Source: a virus (Duplodnaviria; Heunggongvirae; Uroviricota; Caudoviricetes). Taken from it: a DNA stretch of 18,660 nucleotides. The stretch lies in the IMG/VR virus record IMGVR_UViG_2648501500_000009; one strand, written 5' to 3'. The notes below the pieces were generated by a model. It saw only the letters and a program-made list of their open reading frames with translations. It searched no databases and was not told the DNA's origin. Both the position numbers and the translations under genes were made by a program. This document shows, one piece after another, positions 15,476 through 18,660 of this stretch; the first letter of the stretch is position 1, and each line of letters starts with the position of its first letter.

Positions 15476-15808
15476 TCAGGGTGCAGAAGGACTAAAGATA
15501 AACGTTTTCTTCACGCCTTTACACGGCCTGTCCTTCTCAAATCGCCATTTTGCCATCGCCTTTACAACCTGCTCATCAAACAGATGGTGCGGCTCTGAAC
15601 GAATAAACTCAATTCGGGTGACAGTACCATCAGCACCAATATCAAACCTCACATCAACCCGTCCCTTTATATAATTTGCCGCTGCATAGGCCGGATATTG
15701 TGGTAATGCCTTAACCAACTGTCGGGGCATATCTGTTTTATGTTGCGTACAGCCCATAACCAGAGAAGACAACAAAATAATTAACGGAAGATTTCTTTTC
15801 ATTTTCAT
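15476..15808 (-). CDS. Lipoprotein with TonB C-terminal-domain-like fold (moron candidate)
   Basis: Signal peptide plus lipobox-like LVMGC; YPAYAAANYIKGRVDVRFDIGADGTVTRIEFIRSEP...AMAKWRF matches the TonB-C pattern (YP..A...G.V.V.F.I...G.V). ATG starts at MKMKRNL preferred over the upstream GTG of the ORF track. Own promoter-like elements upstream; flanked by non-coding DNA. Confidence 0.65.
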   Translation of the reverse strand: MKMKRNLPLIILLSSLVMGCTQHKTDMPRQLVKALPQYPAYAAANYIKGRVDVRFDIGADGTVTRIEFIRSEPHHLFDEQVVKAMAKWRFEKDRPCKGVKKTFIFSPSAP

Positions 15809-16140
15809 TCCCCGCACAGATAAAAATAAGTCTTATTCTAACAATGCCGCCCTGTCGGTCATCAATCCTCTGCTTAATGGCAACGACAATTATCCGACTT
15901 AAATCACAAATCAGACACATGACATAACAGGGCTTGCGAGGTAACACATCGTCCTGTTTCTTCCACCATCGCACCGGACTGGCGACTATGAGGGGACAAC
16001 GCCGCGCTCCGTTAACGCGGTAAACCCCGGTGTGTATCGTTTTTGATTATCCCCGCACACTCGCGCAGAGGAGTCTCCCTGTCGGGCTGCGGTCTCTGTT
16101 AATGAGGGAATACAGCGACGATACGGCGCATCAACAAAAC

Positions 16141-16608
16141 TTATTTCAGGCACTGAGTACGGATATATTCCTGCGCCCCTTCCAGCTGCTTCTGCATTGT
16201 CATCAACCGTTCTCTGAGGATGAAATAATCCCGTTCAGCGGTGTCTGCCAGTCGGGGGCCGGTTGCATTATCCACGCCGGAGGTGCCGGTGGCTTCACGC
16301 ACGGTACCGGAGCAGGTGGCGTTGATCCGCAGGCGCTTACGACCAGCGGCAACATCAGCACGCAGAGTTTCATTTTCAGCTCTCGCATCGGCTAATTCCC
16401 TCGAGTATTTTGCATCGAGCGCAGCAACATCGCGCTGGCGCACCTGCATATCAGTAATGGTTGCGTTCGCCAGCTTCAGTTCACTGGCTTTTTTATCGCG
16501 CTGCGCTTTGTAAGTGATGGCGTTATCGCGGTAATGATTCAGCCCCAGACTAAGCGCACCACAGGCCACCAGCAGAGCAATGATGACCACACACAGAACG
16601 CGGTTCAT
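16141..16608 (-). CDS. Rz: Rz i-spanin (155 aa from MNRVLCVV)
   Basis: Near-colinear with lambda Rz ([16 protein letters not shown]...[15 protein letters not shown]...[30 protein letters not shown]); the ORF-track N-terminal extension is rejected. Confidence 0.9.
   Translation of the reverse strand: MNRVLCVVIIALLVACGALSLGLNHYRDNAITYKAQRDKKASELKLANATITDMQVRQRDVAALDAKYSRELADARAENETLRADVAAGRKRLRINATCSGTVREATGTSGVDNATGPRLADTAERDYFILRERLMTMQKQLEGAQEYIRTQCLK
16203..16388 (-). CDS. Rz1: Rz1 o-spanin lipoprotein, embedded in the +1 frame of Rz
   Basis: [22 protein letters not shown]...[27 protein letters not shown] closely matches lambda Rz1 (lipobox plus Pro-rich periplasmic segment); entirely inside Rz. 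Confidence 0.85.
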   Translation of the reverse strand: MRELKMKLCVLMLPLVVSACGSTPPAPVPCVKPPAPPAWIMQPAPDWQTPLNGIISSSENG

Positions 16609-16707
16609 TTCACCACCAACGGATTGCCCAGACCAGAACAGCAATGGCCACAATACGAATGGCAAATGCCATTGCCCGAATAAGTTCAGCACTCATCTTT
16701 TTAAAGT

Positions 16708-16830
16708 TCACGATTTCAGCGCAATGACCAGTTTTGCCAGCCCATATAGCATCGGAGACACAGCAATACCAACAGCCACCCACTTAATAGCAAAAGCCAG
16801 CGCTCTGCTGATGTCATCAGTCACTGTCAC
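16708..16830 (-). CDS. Candidate small hydrophobic peptide ORF-c (40 aa, GTG start overlapping ORF-b stop as GTGA)
   Basis: VTVTDDISRALAFAIKWVAVGIAVSPMLYGLAKLVIALKS; frame open from further upstream (90-codon ORF in track); real start uncertain. Confidence 0.25.
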   Translation of the reverse strand: MTVTDDISRALAFAIKWVAVGIAVSPMLYGLAKLVIALKS

Positions 16831-16958
16831 CCCAGCAGCCCCGACGAAGACAACATCACCCAGGCGAGGGACAGAAAAAGAGCAACCAGCATTAGTGAAA
16901 ATGAAATACCGACAATCACACAGAGGACCTTTGCCGGCGTTATGAGTTTGTCTGACAT
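16827..16958 (-). CDS. Candidate small membrane peptide ORF-b (43 aa)
   Basis: MSDKLITPAKVLCVIVGISFSLMLVALFLSLAWVMLSSSGLLG; ATG 2 nt after the ORF-a stop (TAGctATG); one predicted TM helix; below the 60-aa cutoff of the ORF track. Confidence 0.35.
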   Translation of the reverse strand: MSDKLITPAKVLCVIVGISFSLMLVALFLSLAWVMLSSSGLLG

Positions 16959-16960
16959 AG

Positions 16961-17056
16961 CTACCCCTTAATTGCCACAATTAACTGGGATACTACCCAT
17001 AAAAAAGGGATGCTCCAGACCAGCAAAAATTTCCAGTTTGGTAATTGACTAATCAT
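16961..17056 (-). CDS. Candidate small membrane peptide ORF-a (31 aa)
   Basis: MISQLPNWKFLLVWSIPFLWVVSQLIVAIKG; ATG preceded by GGGAG 9 nt upstream; the longer GTG-initiated ORF in the track runs through the terminator hairpin and is rejected. Confidence 0.3.
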   Translation of the reverse strand: MISQLPNWKFLLVWSIPFLWVVSQLIVAIKG

Positions 17057-17121
17057 GAGTCGCAACTCCCTAATCAGTTTGCTAAAATCAATCAAGGCAG
17101 CCTCCCATAGCTTACTGCCAT

Positions 17122-17174
17122 AAAAACAAAACCCCGCTTGCTGCCAACAAACGGGGTTTTTACTTTTATTCACT
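17122..17174. terminator. Bidirectional intrinsic-terminator-like hairpin just downstream of the endolysin gene
   Basis: ACCCCGCTTG-ctgcca-CAAACGGGGT (9-bp stem, one mismatch) flanked by an A run on the left and TTTTTACTTTTATT on the right, so a U-tract follows the stem on either strand. Confidence 0.6.
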
Positions 17175-17250
17175 TACGTTTCGCCAGTTCGCAGGATTTC
17201 GTGTTATCCGCCCGCGTGGCCATGCCTTATTTTTCAGCAAAATATTCTGC

Positions 17251-17784
17251 TTATCTGTCGATACCCCAGCACGCCAGCGCGCTCTCCTGGTCACGACGGG
17301 ATACCTGACCGTAGCAGTTGTTTGAACGAATACGGCAGTCTCTGCCACCGTCCTTAATCCACCAGCGAATCGCCTCACACGCTCCCCTGCGATCACCTGC
17401 ATTAATTCGTCTGTAAAACGTCGACGGGAAACACTTACCGGGACCAATGTTGTACGGACAGAATGACGCGATCCCCGCTTTCTGGGGTTCGGTCAGTGGC
17501 ACTTTGATGTTTTTCTCCACCCATGCCAGCGCCTTATCACGTTCAATGGCGTTAACCTGGTCGCATTTTTCCTTCGACAACTTCATGCCCGGGAGGACAG
17601 GCTTACCATCCACCCGGGTGGCACCGCGACAGATGGTCCAGATACCCGCGCCATCACGGTATGCCGTGGTGTGGTTACCTTCCTTTTCATCCAGAAACTG
17701 GTCGAGGATTTCAGGCGCAGGCGCACCTGCGGCAATCAGCGCCAGAACGGCAGCCGACAGGCCGTATTTGATTTTTGCGTTCAT
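17251..17784 (-). CDS. R: SAR endolysin, phage-21 R-type lysozyme (GH24 / T4-lysozyme fold), 177 aa
   Basis: N-terminal Gly/Ala-rich weakly hydrophobic segment (YGLSAAVLALIAAGAPAPEIL) typical of signal-anchor-release domains; catalytic E-x8-D-x5-T triad (EGNHTTAYRDGAGIWT); C-terminal region similar to R21 as recalled. Confidence 0.85.
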   Translation of the reverse strand: MNAKIKYGLSAAVLALIAAGAPAPEILDQFLDEKEGNHTTAYRDGAGIWTICRGATRVDGKPVLPGMKLSKEKCDQVNAIERDKALAWVEKNIKVPLTEPQKAGIASFCPYNIGPGKCFPSTFYRRINAGDRRGACEAIRWWIKDGGRDCRIRSNNCYGQVSRRDQESALACWGIDR

Positions 17785-17834
17785 GGATATTTATCAGGAT
17801 TTATCGATTTCAAATCCCTGGATATGTTAAGTCT

Positions 17835-18182
17835 TCAGGCCAGCGGTGGAGTCTTCAGAGAACCAGTAATTATTCCCGGTAGTTTTCCTCTGTAGGTTAT
17901 CAACACATCCTGCGCCTCTAAAATGATGGGCCGCTTTTCCGGCAACGGACCATCCCCTTCACATAACCCGGCAGCAACATCCATGAAAAACTGCTTCGCC
18001 TGCTTTTTCGCCTCAGCTTCGTAAAACTCCAGCGTGGCACCTTCAGTACGGTCAAGACTAATCGCCACATATGGCAACAACAGTGACGGATACCCACCAA
18101 TTTCCAGTGCCACAGTAACAGTAATCTTATCCGGGTAATTATTTATCCCTTTAACAACCAGTTCGTATTTTTTATTCATCAC
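17835..18182 (-). CDS. Hypothetical protein embedded between holin and endolysin (115 aa); positional analogue of ydfR-type genes in E. coli prophage lysis cassettes
   Basis: ATG 2 nt downstream of the holin stop; soluble-looking, acidic; no family recognised with confidence. Confidence 0.6.
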   Translation of the reverse strand: MMNKKYELVVKGINNYPDKITVTVALEIGGYPSLLLPYVAISLDRTEGATLEFYEAEAKKQAKQFFMDVAAGLCEGDGPLPEKRPIILEAQDVLITYRGKLPGIITGSLKTPPLA

Positions 18183-18183
18183 T

Positions 18184-18399
18184 TTACTCTCCCCGCGCCG
18201 CCTTACGCCGGTCCTCTCTGATTTTGAAATACAGGTTAGTCAGATACGTCAGCAGGCCAAACAGCAGACTCCCCAGCACACCTATCGCCACCCACTGGGA
18301 CGGAGAGACTTTGTCCAGCAGCTGCAGTAACCAGTATCCCGTCCCCACCGCTGACGTGGTGTATGACACACCCGTTGTGATTTTTTCCATCTGGTACAT
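18184..18399 (-). CDS. S: Pinholin, phage 21 S-type, 71 aa with dual-start motif (MYQMEK)
   Basis: [71 protein letters not shown] is colinear with S21 (two TM domains, basic C-terminus, Met1/Met4 starts). The 35-codon upstream extension in the ORF track is rejected. Confidence 0.85.
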   Translation of the reverse strand: MYQMEKITTGVSYTTSAVGTGYWLLQLLDKVSPSQWVAIGVLGSLLFGLLTYLTNLYFKIREDRRKAARGE

Positions 18400-18430
18400 A
18401 CCCCGTCTCCCGTTATCCGGAAGCTGACAA

Positions 18431-18463
18431 CAATAAAAAAGCCACCAGTTAACTACTGATGGC
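18431..18463 (-). terminator. tR'-like intrinsic terminator immediately upstream of the holin gene
   Basis: Minus strand GCCATCAG-tagttaa-CTGGTGGC (8-bp stem with one G.U pair) followed by TTTTTTATTG; in lambdoid phages the Q-dependent late terminator tR' occupies this position. Confidence 0.6.
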
Positions 18464-18548
18464 TCTGATAACTCATGCAGGCGTCTCAGACGACCCACTG
18501 ACACTACCGGTGAGTTTAACGATACCTTCCATTTGACTGGCTCACTTT

Positions 18549-18660
18549 TTATGATGATGCCGGTGCATTTATCTCCAGCACCAGACTTTCTATCTCAACG
18601 CCATACGCTGCATTTTTTGTAACATCCGTCAGCGTCAGCGCATTCAGTCCCAGTGTCAGA
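18549..18660 (-). CDS. 3' end (last 36 codons) of an upstream gene entering from the right edge; possibly the late antiterminator Q
   Basis: Open minus-strand frame from the window edge: ...[40 protein letters not shown] (TAA at 18549-18551). Identity inferred only from position upstream of tR' and the lysis genes. Confidence 0.35.
   Translation of the reverse strand, partial: LTLGLNALTLTDVTKNAAYGVEIESLVLEINAPASS

Larger units (their letters stand above)
1..18660 (-). mobile_element. Late (lysis + morphogenesis) region of a lambdoid phage/prophage, partial; both ends run off the window
   Basis: Contiguous, mostly translationally coupled minus-strand genes with recognisable phage lysis, packaging, head and tail products; no host housekeeping genes. 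Confidence 0.9.

Noticed and set aside
15818-16140. tRNA or small RNA gene in the non-coding stretch between Rz and the lipoprotein gene
   Set aside because: No cloverleaf-compatible arms or obvious stable stem-loops were found by eye; more likely it carries the lipoprotein promoter. A tRNAscan/Infernal run would be needed to exclude it fully.
16141-16692. Longer 183-aa version of Rz
   Set aside because: Homology to lambda Rz begins at MNRVLCVV (16608); the upstream 28 codons are Trp/Leu-rich with no counterpart in Rz.
16580-16945. 121-aa plus-strand ORF across the Rz start and small-ORF cassette
   Set aside because: Low-complexity Thr/Pro/Ser-rich sequence, no RBS, antisense to Rz start; less plausible than the minus-strand small ORFs.
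17166-17447. 93-aa minus-strand ORF overlapping the 3' part of the endolysin gene
   Set aside because: Different frame of a well-supported gene; Arg-rich; no RBS.
18184-18504. Longer 106-aa version of the holin ORF
   Set aside because: S21-type pinholins are 71 aa with the dual-start motif, found here at MYQMEK (18399); the extension overlaps the tR'-like terminator.

Overview
This window is the late region (lysis plus virion morphogenesis) of a lambdoid, siphovirus-type phage or prophage of an enterobacterial host, with essentially all genes on the minus strand (transcribed right to left). Order along the minus strand: 3' end of an upstream gene (possibly antiterminator Q), tR'-like terminator, phage-21-type pinholin, unknown 115-aa protein, SAR endolysin, a cassette of tiny hydrophobic ORFs, Rz/Rz1 spanins, a moron zone (TonB-C-like lipoprotein, divergent YlcI-like gene), HNH endonuclease, putative cos region, TerS, TerL, fused prohead protease-major capsid protein, portal, a 353-aa tandem-repeat protein, four head-tail connector/neck proteins, major tail V, chaperones G/GT with a -1 frameshift site, tape measure H, M, L and the 5' part of K. 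The tail genes are lambda-like and the head/packaging genes HK97-like, so the element is mosaic. No rRNA, tRNA, CRISPR array or IS element was seen. The most likely undescribed items are the small-ORF cassette between endolysin and Rz, the repeat protein after portal, and the TonB-C-like lipoprotein. All calls rest on reading the supplied translations and sequence by eye and on recalled family features; no database search was run.
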